This document shows positions 28,482 to 38,066 of a DNA stretch of 64,000 bases, piece after piece. A program made the translations under genes and the position numbers. The notes beneath the pieces were generated by a model that worked only from the letters and a program-made list of their open reading frames with translations, had not been told where the DNA came from and did not search any database. This DNA is from Minisyncoccota bacterium (GTDB lineage Bacteria > Patescibacteriota > Minisyncoccia > Phycocordibacterales > Phycocordibacteraceae): the NCBI GenBank assembly GCA_022841985.1, contig JALHQL010000002.1, forward strand, positions 4,211-68,210, read 5' to 3'. The first letter of the stretch is position 1. Every line of letters starts with the position of its first letter.

Positions 28482-29881
28482 AACGGGAATTTGTTTTTAT
28501 TCACGGCTACACGGGGGGTCCGACTGATTTTGCCGATTTGCCACAAGTTCTCGAGCGGGAATTTTCTGCGCACATATACCTACCGCTTCTTCCCGGTCAT
28601 GGTACCTCCGTTGAGAATCTGATTGGGCGTTCGCTTAGCGAGCTTATTGGAGACATAGACCAGCACATTAAGAAGTCACTAGAGGAAGGAACGGAAGTTG
28701 TACTGGTCGGACTCTCCGTGGGCGCGCAAGTGGCACTCTATTTTGCCTCGCGTTATCCCATCGCGGGTGTTATTGCCATAGGAACAACGCATTGGCTCAA
28801 GTTCCCATTCAATCTGCCGGGGCTTTCTCTCATCGCTCGAACTAGACCTTCATGGAAAAAACTTCTCACCTCTGAAGAATTACTCTATCGGGGGAAAGCG
28901 ATTTTTTACGAAAGAATGCCGTCAAGAGGTCTCCATATTTCTAAAGAATTACGAGCACTCGTGGAAAAGGGTGTACAACACATACAATCACCAGTGCTGT
29001 TTATTCATTCCATGTACGAACGTATCGGCGATTTGCGCGCACTTTCTTATTTGCGTCGCATCATCCCTGCGCGGGTCGATATACAGTTTTTCCAGAATGG
29101 GGATCACAGCATTTTCTTCTCTGAGATGAAGAATGACGTTGTACGTAGCGTTGTTTCATTTGTTCGCAAAGAACATTTTTTTACTTCGGAAAAACGAGAG
29201 CAAAGAGAAGCGGAGAAAGCGAGTGCGATCATTCCGGCCTTTAACGAAGCCGAGCGTATTGGTGCAGTTATTCGAGCACTTAAACGCACACCTTCAGTGG
29301 GAGAGATCATCGTCGTTGATGATGGTTCGAGCGATGGTACTGCCATTACTGCGAAGAAAGAAGGAGGTGTCACCGTTCTTATAAACGAGCACAACCTCGG
29401 CAAAGCGGCTAGTATGGAACGCGGTGTAAAAGAGGCCAAGCATGATGTGATTTTTTTCTGTGATGCCGATCTTATCGGCTTCACGTCGGAACATGCTGAA
29501 GCTATCGTGCGTCCGGTCATCGACGGGTCATACGACATGTTCATCGGGATGCGAGGGAACTTCATGCAGCGAGCAGTACGATCCTGGGGACTCAATTCCG
29601 GCGAACGAGCATTGAGAAAGACGGTCTGGTACTGTCTTCCGGAATACTACAAGCACCGCTATCGCATTGAAGTGGGGCTTAACTATTATGTCAAGAATTA
29701 CACGCACAATGGCTTCAACTGGAGAATGTTCGACTATACTCAGCCGATTAAGGAATCGAAATACGGCGTAGTACGCGGTACAATCTTGCGCTGGTCTATG
29801 AATTTCGATGTTCTATGTGCTTATGTGAGTTCTCCGTTTATGCACAGCCGTCTCATTCGATCAAAGGGAAATAAGGGGTGA
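28460..29881 (+). CDS. Alpha/beta hydrolase fused to GT2 glycosyltransferase
   Basis: HGYTGG, LPGHG, GLSVG, GDH; then IIPAFNEAERI, VVDDGSSDGT, FCDADL. Confidence 0.85.
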   Translation: MDKQPRIKREFVFIHGYTGGPTDFADLPQVLEREFSAHIYLPLLPGHGTSVENLIGRSLSELIGDIDQHIKKSLEEGTEVVLVGLSVGAQVALYFASRYPIAGVIAIGTTHWLKFPFNLPGLSLIARTRPSWKKLLTSEELLYRGKAIFYERMPSRGLHISKELRALVEKGVQHIQSPVLFIHSMYERIGDLRALSYLRRIIPARVDIQFFQNGDHSIFFSEMKNDVVRSVVSFVRKEHFFTSEKREQREAEKASAIIPAFNEAERIGAVIRALKRTPSVGEIIVVDDGSSDGTAITAKKEGGVTVLINEHNLGKAASMERGVKEAKHDVIFFCDADLIGFTSEHAEAIVRPVIDGSYDMFIGMRGNFMQRAVRSWGLNSGERALRKTVWYCLPEYYKHRYRIEVGLNYYVKNYTHNGFNWRMFDYTQPIKESKYGVVRGTILRWSMNFDVLCAYVSSPFMHSRLIRSKGNKG

Positions 29882-29950
29882 TGCGGTGTACATCTGTGCA
29901 AGAGATGTCATTTTTTGCATACTAACATAAGAGGCGTATAATAGCGGGGT

Positions 29951-31030
29951 ATGGCAAAGGATTACTACAATGTGCTCGGTGTCGACAAGAAGGCGAGCCA
30001 GGACGAAATCAAGAAGGCGTTCCGTAAACTCGCACACAAATACCATCCCGACAAGGGTGGTACGGACGAGTCGAAATTTAAAGAAATCACTGAGGCATAC
30101 TCGATCCTGAGTGACGATAAAAAACGTCGCGAATACGACACCTACGGACAGACTTCCTCGAGCGGTGGGCAAGGAGGCGCCCAAGGGTTTGGCGGGTTTG
30201 ACTTCAACGGATTTCAACAGGGCTTTGGGCAAGGAGGCGCAGAATTTGATTTCGGCGACATCTTTGGAGAGATGTTCAGTAGCGGGCGCGGAGCCCAGAA
30301 TCGCACACCGCGCGGCCGCGACATCTCCATCGACATCGAAATACCATTCAAAGATGCAGTGTTCGGTACAACTCGCACAATACTCTTGGCGAAAGTTTCA
30401 ACATGCAATCTGTGTCGCGGCACCGGTGCAAAACTGGGCACTGAGCTTAATACGTGTAAGACTTGTAACGGCAGCGGCCGCGTCCATGAGGCGCGCAATT
30501 CCATTCTCGGGCAATTCACTTCTGTGCGCACCTGTACCGCCTGCGACGGCAGCGGGAAAATTCCGAAGGAGAAGTGTTCGGAGTGCAAAGGACATGGCGT
30601 CCATCGAAAAGAAGAGGAGATTAAGATCAACATTCCTGCCGGTATCGATAATGGCGAAATGATACGCATGCCGCAGCAAGGCGAAGCAATCAAAACGGGC
30701 ATTGCAGGCGATCTCTACGTAAAGATGCATGTGAAGCCACACACAATCTTTCGCCGTGATGGATCAAATCTCATTATGAATTTGTCAGTAAAGCTTACCG
30801 ACTCTATTCTCGGCACTGTTGTTCCTGTCGAGACCCTAGAAGGGAAGATTCTTGAGGTAAAGGTTCCGCCTATGAAACGCGCAGAGGAACATTTGCGCGT
30901 CGCAGGCAAGGGTATTCCCGTCGAGGGCGGCCGCGGCGACCTAATCATTCGTCTTGAAGTTGCATTCCCTCACAAACTCTCCGGGAAAGCCAAAAAAGCT
31001 ATAGAAGAACTGCAGTCTGAAGGGCTCTAG
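29951..31030 (+). CDS. dnaJ: Chaperone DnaJ
   Basis: J domain HPD, G/F region, four CxxCxGxG repeats. Confidence 0.97.
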   Translation: MAKDYYNVLGVDKKASQDEIKKAFRKLAHKYHPDKGGTDESKFKEITEAYSILSDDKKRREYDTYGQTSSSGGQGGAQGFGGFDFNGFQQGFGQGGAEFDFGDIFGEMFSSGRGAQNRTPRGRDISIDIEIPFKDAVFGTTRTILLAKVSTCNLCRGTGAKLGTELNTCKTCNGSGRVHEARNSILGQFTSVRTCTACDGSGKIPKEKCSECKGHGVHRKEEEIKINIPAGIDNGEMIRMPQQGEAIKTGIAGDLYVKMHVKPHTIFRRDGSNLIMNLSVKLTDSILGTVVPVETLEGKILEVKVPPMKRAEEHLRVAGKGIPVEGGRGDLIIRLEVAFPHKLSGKAKKAIEELQSEGL

Positions 31031-31164
31031 AGCTCATCCTTGAGTAGCATTAGTAAATTCGTCAAACATATGGTTTGATCTGCCTAGAGGCTCTTCTTTC
31101 ATGGGATGCCGCTGAAATAAGCCGCATCTATATATACTATACATCTCACTCAAAGGAGCATGTT

Positions 31165-31557
31165 ATGCAACTCGACCAAACGATCCGAGTCCGATACATC
31201 AAAGCCGTAGAAAATCTCCTAGCTGAAACCCTGGCTCTCGACGAAAAAGAATTTGCTGTTCAAGAAAAGATATGGTCCCAATTAGTGACGACAAACAACA
31301 CCGACCAGCCGTACTGGCAAAAATTCCTTGAGACCGGGGTGCGCGATGGCTATCTCGCACGATGGATTTCAATCCTGCTTGCACCGAGCGAGACCCTCAG
31401 GCCGTATGCATGGCCCACAGACATTACGATACCCAAGCAAACTGCGGAAGATCTTTTAACCGTTCTGGATGGTAGAGAAAATGCAACCAGGCTCAAAGAG
31501 TTCATGACAAGACTCTGCGAGCTCAACGCCTCCTTCGACATGACGCACGCATGGTAG
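31165..31557 (+). CDS. Hypothetical protein (solo cassette)
   Basis: SD AAGGAG 6 nt before ATG; terminator right after the stop. Confidence 0.65.
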   Translation: MQLDQTIRVRYIKAVENLLAETLALDEKEFAVQEKIWSQLVTTNNTDQPYWQKFLETGVRDGYLARWISILLAPSETLRPYAWPTDITIPKQTAEDLLTVLDGRENATRLKEFMTRLCELNASFDMTHAW

Positions 31558-31571
31558 GGAGTCACCTATAC

Positions 31572-31599
31572 AGCTCCGACTGCTTCTGCAGTCGGAGCT
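31572..31599 (+). terminator. Intrinsic terminator
   Basis: AGCTCCGACTGC-TTCT-GCAGTCGGAGCT then CCTTCTTTTT. Confidence 0.82.
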
Positions 31600-31638
31600 C
31601 CTTCTTTTTCATTTCTGCCGTACTGTATACTATCCATA

Positions 31639-32163
31639 ATGAATGTCGTTACTGAAGGCGTCACCCAAGTAAGCACGCTTGCAACCAACACTGCAATGAC
31701 TGTATGGGGCGGTCTAGGTGATTTTTTGATTGTCCTAGTTCTTCTCTCACTTTTCTTTGTCTTCGCTTATTACTCTGGTCGCGGCCCGTTTGTTGCACTC
31801 CTGCTTTCATTCTATTGCGCATACGCGCTCTACGCCATGTTCCCCTACACATCGCTTCTGCCAACCGCGCCAGCGACAACCGCACTTTTCGCACATATCG
31901 GCCTCTATACTGCATTCTGTATTGTGTTCTATATCATTCTCCGGCGCGTAGTGGTGTCTGATTTTCTCTATGTGGGCCTGTTCGGACTTTTGATTCTCTC
32001 TTTCCTCGGCGCCACCTTCCTTATAGCTCTCGCGTACCACATGTTCCCAATCTCTTCGATCTACACTTTCACCCCGGCAATGGATATTCTTTTTGCTGCA
32101 AAAACCTATTTCTTCTGGTGGTTCACCGCCCCTGCCATTGGGCTCTTTTTCCTCGCCCGATAG
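31639..32163 (+). CDS. Hypothetical integral membrane protein
   Basis: About five hydrophobic helices. Confidence 0.75.
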   Translation: MNVVTEGVTQVSTLATNTAMTVWGGLGDFLIVLVLLSLFFVFAYYSGRGPFVALLLSFYCAYALYAMFPYTSLLPTAPATTALFAHIGLYTAFCIVFYIILRRVVVSDFLYVGLFGLLILSFLGATFLIALAYHMFPISSIYTFTPAMDILFAAKTYFFWWFTAPAIGLFFLAR

Positions 32164-32178
32164 TGGTATAGTCTCTCC

Positions 32179-33432
32179 ATGACTCTTGCTGACGAATTGA
32201 AAGCGCGTGGACTTATTGAGCACTCTTCCGCTACTCCTGAAGAAATATTTTCTTCACCACGCACAGTATATGTAGGCGCTGATCCTACCGCAGACTCTCT
32301 CCACGTCGGCCACCTCGCATTAGTACTTTTCATGAAGCGTCTTGGTGATGCAGGAAACAAACTCATCTTTCTTGTTGGCGGTGGCACCGGCCAGATCGGT
32401 GACCCGAAAGAAAAGGGGGAGCGACCCATGCTTACAGAGGAAACTGTAGATACTAATACCCGAGCACTTAAATCCCAGTTAAAAAAACTGCTCGGCGAAA
32501 CTTCTTTTACCATGGTCGACAATGCTGATTGGCTTATGCAAGTAAAACTTGTCCCATTCCTTCGCGACATAGGAAAGCACTTCACCGTAAATGACCTGAC
32601 CAAGCGTGACATCATAAAAAAGCGTCTCGACACGCCAGACGAGAGTATCTCGTATACAGAATTTTCGTACTCTCTGCTGCAAGGCTTTGATTATTTAACC
32701 TTGCATCAGAAGCATGGAGCTGATCTTCAGATCGGCGGGTCGGACCAGTGGACCAACATCCTTTCAGGCGTCGACCTTATTCGAAAGAAAGAGGGTAAAC
32801 AAGTATTTGCTATCGGCATGCCGCTTGTAACCGATGCTTCGGGAAAGAAATTCGGCAAGAGCGAGGGCAATGCCGTATGGCTTGATCCAGAAAAGACTTC
32901 GCCATTTCAGTTCTATCAGTTCTGGATACATCTCCCGGATGAAGGACTTGAGACCTATCTTAAAGCCTATACATTTCTCCCGCTTAACGAAATCGACTCG
33001 CTCATGGAAAAACATCGTCAGAATCCTGGAGATCGAGAGGCGCAGGAAACACTCGCCCGACTTGTGACCGAGATAGTGCATGGACCAGCCGCCACAGCAC
33101 AGGCTGCTGCCACAACTGACGCACTCTTCGGTGATACCCCATTTACCGAGCTCTCGCGCGACGCACTCGCGGTGGCGCTAGCAGAAGCGCCCTCAGTCAC
33201 TCTTGGAGCAAACGACCTTGATGGCGGATATTCTCTTGCCGAAGCACTTGTCGCAGGAGGCCTTGCGACTTCAAAATCAGAAGCTCGCCGTCTTATAGAA
33301 GGGAAGGGTATCACACTCTCAGGACAAACTATCGAAAACCCCGATCAGAAAATTTTCCCGGGTGACCTATCACACGGCTTTGCGCTTATACGAAAAGGAA
33401 AGAGAGGAGTGCTCATTTTGGTTCTGAAATAA
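32179..33432 (+). CDS. tyrS: Tyrosyl-tRNA synthetase
   Basis: DPTADSLHVGH, GGSDQW, KFGKS, S4-like C-terminus. Confidence 0.97.
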   Translation: MTLADELKARGLIEHSSATPEEIFSSPRTVYVGADPTADSLHVGHLALVLFMKRLGDAGNKLIFLVGGGTGQIGDPKEKGERPMLTEETVDTNTRALKSQLKKLLGETSFTMVDNADWLMQVKLVPFLRDIGKHFTVNDLTKRDIIKKRLDTPDESISYTEFSYSLLQGFDYLTLHQKHGADLQIGGSDQWTNILSGVDLIRKKEGKQVFAIGMPLVTDASGKKFGKSEGNAVWLDPEKTSPFQFYQFWIHLPDEGLETYLKAYTFLPLNEIDSLMEKHRQNPGDREAQETLARLVTEIVHGPAATAQAAATTDALFGDTPFTELSRDALAVALAEAPSVTLGANDLDGGYSLAEALVAGGLATSKSEARRLIEGKGITLSGQTIENPDQKIFPGDLSHGFALIRKGKRGVLILVLK

Positions 33433-33481
33433 AAAGGAAAGGCCAGCTTGCGATTATCGCAAAACTGGCCATCGAACGTAC

Positions 33482-33697
33482 TCATAGGTGAACCTGCGGC
33501 TGCGCCAAAAGCTGTTGAAGCTTGTTTCCTTTTGGAGCATTCGGACACTTTCCTTGTGGGTCTACACCAGTCGGCCCCCCGAAACCCCGTGAATCTTTCC
33601 AACATCCGCATCTGTAGATGCAGAAGATAGTAGCGCCCTCCTTCATCCTGACGCCAGGAACCCTGCGATATTGATGACCACCACACGTTTCGAGCAT
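33482..33697 (-). CDS. Small Cys/His-containing hypothetical protein (71 aa)
   Basis: SD AAGGAGG 5 nt before ATG; TTGACG-17-TAAAGT promoter at 33779-33751. Confidence 0.55.
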   Translation of the reverse strand: MLETCGGHQYRRVPGVRMKEGATIFCIYRCGCWKDSRGFGGPTGVDPQGKCPNAPKGNKLQQLLAQPQVHL

Positions 33698-33838
33698 CTG
33701 GACCTCCTTTCCCATAAATAATAAAGAACGGCATCGATTCCTAAGGAGGCACTTTACAGTAAAATATCATACACGTCAATAATCCCCACTGGGAAAAAGT
33801 TTTGAAATAAAGCCCAAATCCGCTATAGTGACTCTATT

Positions 33839-33922
33839 GCGTCGGTGGCGGAGTGGTCAATCGCAACAGGCTGTAAACCTGTCGGACATAGTCCTACGGA
33901 GGTTCGAATCCTCCCCGACGCA
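33839..33922 (+). tRNA. tRNA-Tyr (GTA)
   Basis: GCGTCGG acceptor, ACAGG-CT-GTA-AA-CCTGT, long variable arm, GGAGGTTCGAATCCTCC, CCGACGC-A; CCA not encoded. Confidence 0.96.
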
Positions 33923-33950
33923 CTTAAAATTTCTGTGGTATCGTAGTCAC

Positions 33951-34910
33951 ATGTTCAACTCAAAACCAGTTCTTGTCTCCGGTATAAAGCCAACTGGAGA
34001 TCTTCATATCGGTAATTATTTTGGCGCGATGCGTCAATTCGTGGAACTCACGAGGACAGGGAAATATCAACCATTTATTTTTATTGCTGATTACCATGCG
34101 CTGAACACAATGCAAGACGCAGAGGAAATGCGCCGACGGACCCGCGAGCTCGTAATGGCATATCTTGCAATCGGCCTTGATCCGAAAGAAGTTGTTTTTT
34201 TCAAACAATCAGACGTGCCAGCGCACACCGAGCTCTGCTGGATCTTCGACACCATCACGACGATGCCATACCTCATGCGCGCACATGCCTACAAAGACGC
34301 CGAAGTGAAAAATAAAGAAATAACTATCGGGACGTTCAATTACCCGATGCTAATGGCAGCTGACATCCTGCTCTACGATGCAGCAATTGTGCCGGTAGGA
34401 CAAGACCAGAAACAGCATATCGAGTATGCACGCGATACTGCCGAGAAATTCAACCGCATATATAAAACAGACATTTTGAAACTCCCCGAGCCATACATCA
34501 TGCCGGGAGTTGCGGTCGTCCCTGGTATTGACGGACAAAAGATGAGCAAAAGCTACGGAAACGTCATTCCGCTTTTTGCTTCACACGATGAGCTCGCAAA
34601 ATGTGTCATGAACATTGTTACCGACTCTTCTGGTGACCGCCCGGAAAATGTATACCAGATACATCGGCTCGTTCGAAGCGAAGCAGAGCTTGCGCCACTC
34701 TACGAAGAACATCGCGGCAAATATAAAATACTCAAAGAGCTCCTTATTGAGGACCTCGACCGATATCTTGCCCCGATGCGCGCACAGTATGAAGAACTGC
34801 AGAAAGACCCGGGTATCGTGGACGACATTCTTGCAAAAGGGAAGAATACCGCACGTGCAATAAGCGAAATAAAAATGGAGCAGGTGCGCACAACGATCGG
34901 CGTCGCATAA
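33951..34910 (+). CDS. trpS: Tryptophanyl-tRNA synthetase
   Basis: HIGNYFG, YPMLMAADIL, VPVGQDQ, KMSKS. Confidence 0.97.
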   Translation: MFNSKPVLVSGIKPTGDLHIGNYFGAMRQFVELTRTGKYQPFIFIADYHALNTMQDAEEMRRRTRELVMAYLAIGLDPKEVVFFKQSDVPAHTELCWIFDTITTMPYLMRAHAYKDAEVKNKEITIGTFNYPMLMAADILLYDAAIVPVGQDQKQHIEYARDTAEKFNRIYKTDILKLPEPYIMPGVAVVPGIDGQKMSKSYGNVIPLFASHDELAKCVMNIVTDSSGDRPENVYQIHRLVRSEAELAPLYEEHRGKYKILKELLIEDLDRYLAPMRAQYEELQKDPGIVDDILAKGKNTARAISEIKMEQVRTTIGVA

Positions 34911-34984
34911 TCCATTGATTATTCTTGAGAAACTGAGAGTATTGCTACCGGATATTGTTCATACCTATAAGAAGGAGGCGCCCT

Positions 34985-35500
34985 GTGAAGAGTGTCACTA
35001 AGCACTACTTAGGTCATCAGGAATTCGAAATCTGGAGGTCTGTGCTATTGGGCATGTACAGCGATGCGGACGAATTGCTAGCAGCACTGAAATCTGAACG
35101 GTGCGCTATAAGTGCCGAAGCAATGCAAATCATGAAGGGGCAAGACTTCACGTTTACCCGCTATAAATCAGTAGCCAAGCTCGTCATAACATCGGCACGA
35201 CAACTTGGTCTTGAAGGACGAGTGTGCTACGGAGAAATTTTTGTGGAAGGTGTCATACGAGGACTACGGCCTTGCCCAACTGAACTTGCAGCACAAATTC
35301 GTCATCAATACAAGAACCAGCCGGAAGGCGAATTACTCCGTGTTATATCGTGTAGTAGATTGCTTGACCCTTACGGAAGGGCCTCTATCTTTACCTTATC
35401 GCAGCACGAGGGAACCTCCTTTCTAGATGTGTATATAGCAACACCTAACACGGTAATAGGAATTGACGATACCTATGTTTGGGTCCATTCCCCTATATAA
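34985..35500 (+). CDS. Hypothetical protein (solo cassette)
   Basis: SD AAGGAGG 6 nt before GTG; motif GLRPCPTELAAQIRHQYKNQPEGE. Confidence 0.7.
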   Translation: MKSVTKHYLGHQEFEIWRSVLLGMYSDADELLAALKSERCAISAEAMQIMKGQDFTFTRYKSVAKLVITSARQLGLEGRVCYGEIFVEGVIRGLRPCPTELAAQIRHQYKNQPEGELLRVISCSRLLDPYGRASIFTLSQHEGTSFLDVYIATPNTVIGIDDTYVWVHSPI

Positions 35501-35510
35501 CTTTTAGTTA

Positions 35511-35541
35511 CGGCCGGAATCTTGATTCGAGATTCCGGCCG
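35511..35541 (+). terminator. Intrinsic terminator
   Basis: CGGCCGGAATCT-N7-AGATTCCGGCCG then TTTATT. Confidence 0.8.
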
Positions 35542-35654
35542 TTTATTGATGTATATTGACTTTCTCTAAGTAAATGATATCATTTCTGAAGATTCAGCTA
35601 TCTGGAATTGTTGTTTACATCTGAAATTCTTAACTCAAAACCCAGGAGGTCTCG

Positions 35655-36629
35655 ATGGGAAATGAACGGTTTCGAGCAGATTCGTTAGGCTTTGCTCAAG
35701 AACAGGGCCAGCACCCCGTATTCACCAGGCGCCCAGGAGTATCGCTTATCCACCTTACCACCGCAAGGCCGTTTGTATCTGACTTTGATCAGACACTAGA
35801 CGAGCACAAAAAGTTTCTATCGACTGCGAAACTCAATCCGAATCTGCGTATCGTACTTACAAGAGAAGATCTTGCGACACTGCCTGCTGACGCTATCGGT
35901 CTACTGCTTGGAATACAGCATGCGCCCGCAAACATGAACCTTGAGCGTATGCTCAGGCTGAAGGACCTAGGACTTCGGGTAGTGTCTATCGCATATTCCG
36001 GCTCAAACGAGTACGGACACGGGTACGCAGAAGACGGCGGATTGACCCGAAGAGGAGAGGATCTACTTATCGACATAACCCAATGCGGGATGATTCTTGA
36101 CTTGTCTCATGCGAACAATCAGACCGCTTCCGAGGCTCTCAACTTTATAAAAAACGAGGAGCTTTGCACACAGGTCATGGCGAGTCATTCTGGATGCAAC
36201 TCGGTGTACAGACACCGTCGCAACCTTTCTGACTATGTCTTGAAAGGAATCGCTGATATGAGTGGGTATGTCGGCATACCTCTCATCACATTCCTTCTCG
36301 GAGAAGAGGGTTCGGATCCGTACAGGCAGCTAGTGAGCCATGCCCGACACGCCCGATTGATGATTGGAGTGGGTAATGTCGGAATCGGTTCGGACTGCAT
36401 GCACCAAGACAGGACCATGCTCGAGGCAGAGGAGCATTATAAAAAAATGCTCCGCATGTTTCCTTTTGATCCGAAACTCCGTATGCGATTCCCAGATCGC
36501 CCGGAAGGAATTATCGAGAGAGGAAGCGTTCTGTTCGATGTTCTGGAAGAAAAACTTGGGCGCAATGACGAGTTTTTTGGAAAGAATTTCAGAAATTTCT
36601 TATTACGCGCATTACCTGAAGCACAGTAA
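35655..36629 (+). CDS. Membrane dipeptidase (M19)-like amidohydrolase
   Basis: GGLTRRG, ILDLSHA, ASHS, RNLSD, VGIGSD; SD AGGAGG. Confidence 0.8.
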   Translation: MGNERFRADSLGFAQEQGQHPVFTRRPGVSLIHLTTARPFVSDFDQTLDEHKKFLSTAKLNPNLRIVLTREDLATLPADAIGLLLGIQHAPANMNLERMLRLKDLGLRVVSIAYSGSNEYGHGYAEDGGLTRRGEDLLIDITQCGMILDLSHANNQTASEALNFIKNEELCTQVMASHSGCNSVYRHRRNLSDYVLKGIADMSGYVGIPLITFLLGEEGSDPYRQLVSHARHARLMIGVGNVGIGSDCMHQDRTMLEAEEHYKKMLRMFPFDPKLRMRFPDRPEGIIERGSVLFDVLEEKLGRNDEFFGKNFRNFLLRALPEAQ

Positions 36630-36640
36630 AAAGAAAGAAA

Positions 36641-36665
36641 CACCCCGCGATTTTATCGCGGGGTG
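36641..36665. terminator. Hairpin terminator
   Basis: CACCCCGCGAT-TTT-ATCGCGGGGTG. Confidence 0.7.
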
Positions 36666-36683
36666 TGCTATTTTATACGTTAT

Positions 36684-38039
36684 ATGCAAGAACGAACCTT
36701 TATTAGCGACCTCGGCAAGCACGTCGGCGAGACCGTCTCCTTGTCAGGCTGGATAGATGTGCGGCGTGACCAGGGCAAAATGGTCTTTTTTGATTTTCGC
36801 GACCGCAGTGGAAAGGTGCAGGGCGTTGTCCTCCCAGGAAGTCCTGCTATCGATACGGCAAAAGAAATGAGGGTTGAATATGTCGTCCGCGTAGAAGGCA
36901 TTGTGAACAAGCGTCCCGAAAAGAACGTGCAAGCAGGGAAGCAGAATGGTGATATCGAACTCGAAGTAAAAACTATCGAGGTCTTGTCTCATTCAGAAGT
37001 GCTGCCGTTTGAAAAAGAGGCTGAGCTCAATCTCGATACCTACCTCGACAACCTGCCGCTCACGCTCCGTCGACCACATGCTCGCGCAACATTCAAAGTT
37101 CAGACTGAAATCGTGAAGGCATATCGCACCTTCCTGGATAGCGAAAAATTTACTGAATTCCAATCGCCAAAACTCATCGGGGATGATGCTGAGGGTGGGG
37201 CAAATGTATTTTCAGTTCCTTATTTCTACGGCAAAACGGCACACCTTGGCACCTCACCTCAGTTCTACAAACAGATCATGGTCGGCGTCTTTGAGCGCGT
37301 ATACACCATTGGCAACGTCTTCCGGGCAGAGAAACACGCGACCACGCGCCATCTAAACGAATACACGTCGATGGACGCCGAGATGGGATTTATCAAGGAC
37401 CACCATGACATCATGGTTCTCGAAACTCGCCTCATGCGCCACATCACCGAGCACTTACGCAGCACTTGCTCCGAAGAATTCGCCCTTGTCGGAGCGGAAC
37501 TTCCAGCAATCCCTGAGGTCGTACCGACTATGAAGCTACGCGAAGCCCAGGAACTCCTCTTCAAAGAGACTGGCGCTGATAAGCGCACTGAGCCTGATCT
37601 TGGACCAGAAGACGAGCGTTGGCTGTGTGAGTGGGCGAAGAAGGAGAAGGGAAGCGATTTTATATTTATCACGCACTACCCAGTCGACAAACGCCCAATG
37701 TACACCTACGAAGACCCGAACGATCCTGGCTATACAAACAGTTTTGATCTCCTCTTCCGCGGAGTAGAAATCACAACCGGCGGCCAGCGCAGACACGACT
37801 ACCAGAACCTCGTAGACGGTATAAAAATGAAGGGTCTTGACCCGGAAAAATTCTCATACTATCTGCAGGCATTCAAATTTGGCATGCCGCCGCACGGCGG
37901 ATGGGGTATGGGTCTCGAACGGCTCACCCAGAAGATGCTTGGTCTCGCGAACGTAAAAGAAGCGACGCTCTTCCCTCGCGACATCAATCGTATTGATCAA
38001 CTTCTCTCCGGCAAAGCCGCTGACATAGCAGAGGAGTAG
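36684..38039 (+). CDS. aspS: Aspartyl-tRNA synthetase, short archaeal-type (probably non-discriminating)
   Basis: RDRSG, SPQFYKQ, FRAEKHATTRHLNEY, GGQR, PPHGGWGMGLER, FPRD; no GAD insert. Confidence 0.92.
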   Translation: MQERTFISDLGKHVGETVSLSGWIDVRRDQGKMVFFDFRDRSGKVQGVVLPGSPAIDTAKEMRVEYVVRVEGIVNKRPEKNVQAGKQNGDIELEVKTIEVLSHSEVLPFEKEAELNLDTYLDNLPLTLRRPHARATFKVQTEIVKAYRTFLDSEKFTEFQSPKLIGDDAEGGANVFSVPYFYGKTAHLGTSPQFYKQIMVGVFERVYTIGNVFRAEKHATTRHLNEYTSMDAEMGFIKDHHDIMVLETRLMRHITEHLRSTCSEEFALVGAELPAIPEVVPTMKLREAQELLFKETGADKRTEPDLGPEDERWLCEWAKKEKGSDFIFITHYPVDKRPMYTYEDPNDPGYTNSFDLLFRGVEITTGGQRRHDYQNLVDGIKMKGLDPEKFSYYLQAFKFGMPPHGGWGMGLERLTQKMLGLANVKEATLFPRDINRIDQLLSGKAADIAEE

Positions 38040-38066
38040 CAGAGAGACTTTGTGCTTCATAAAACA

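Noticed and set aside
30166-30240. 15-bp direct repeat TGGGCAAGGAGGCGC in dnaJ
   Set aside because: Encodes GQGGA twice in the normal G/F-rich linker
33345-33734. 129-aa minus-strand ORF
   Set aside because: It overlaps the tyrS 3' end and lacks an SD; the 71-aa frame has the SD
33828-33950. N-terminal extension of the trpS ORF
   Set aside because: It is the tRNA-Tyr sequence read in frame; the ATG at 33951 has its own -10 box
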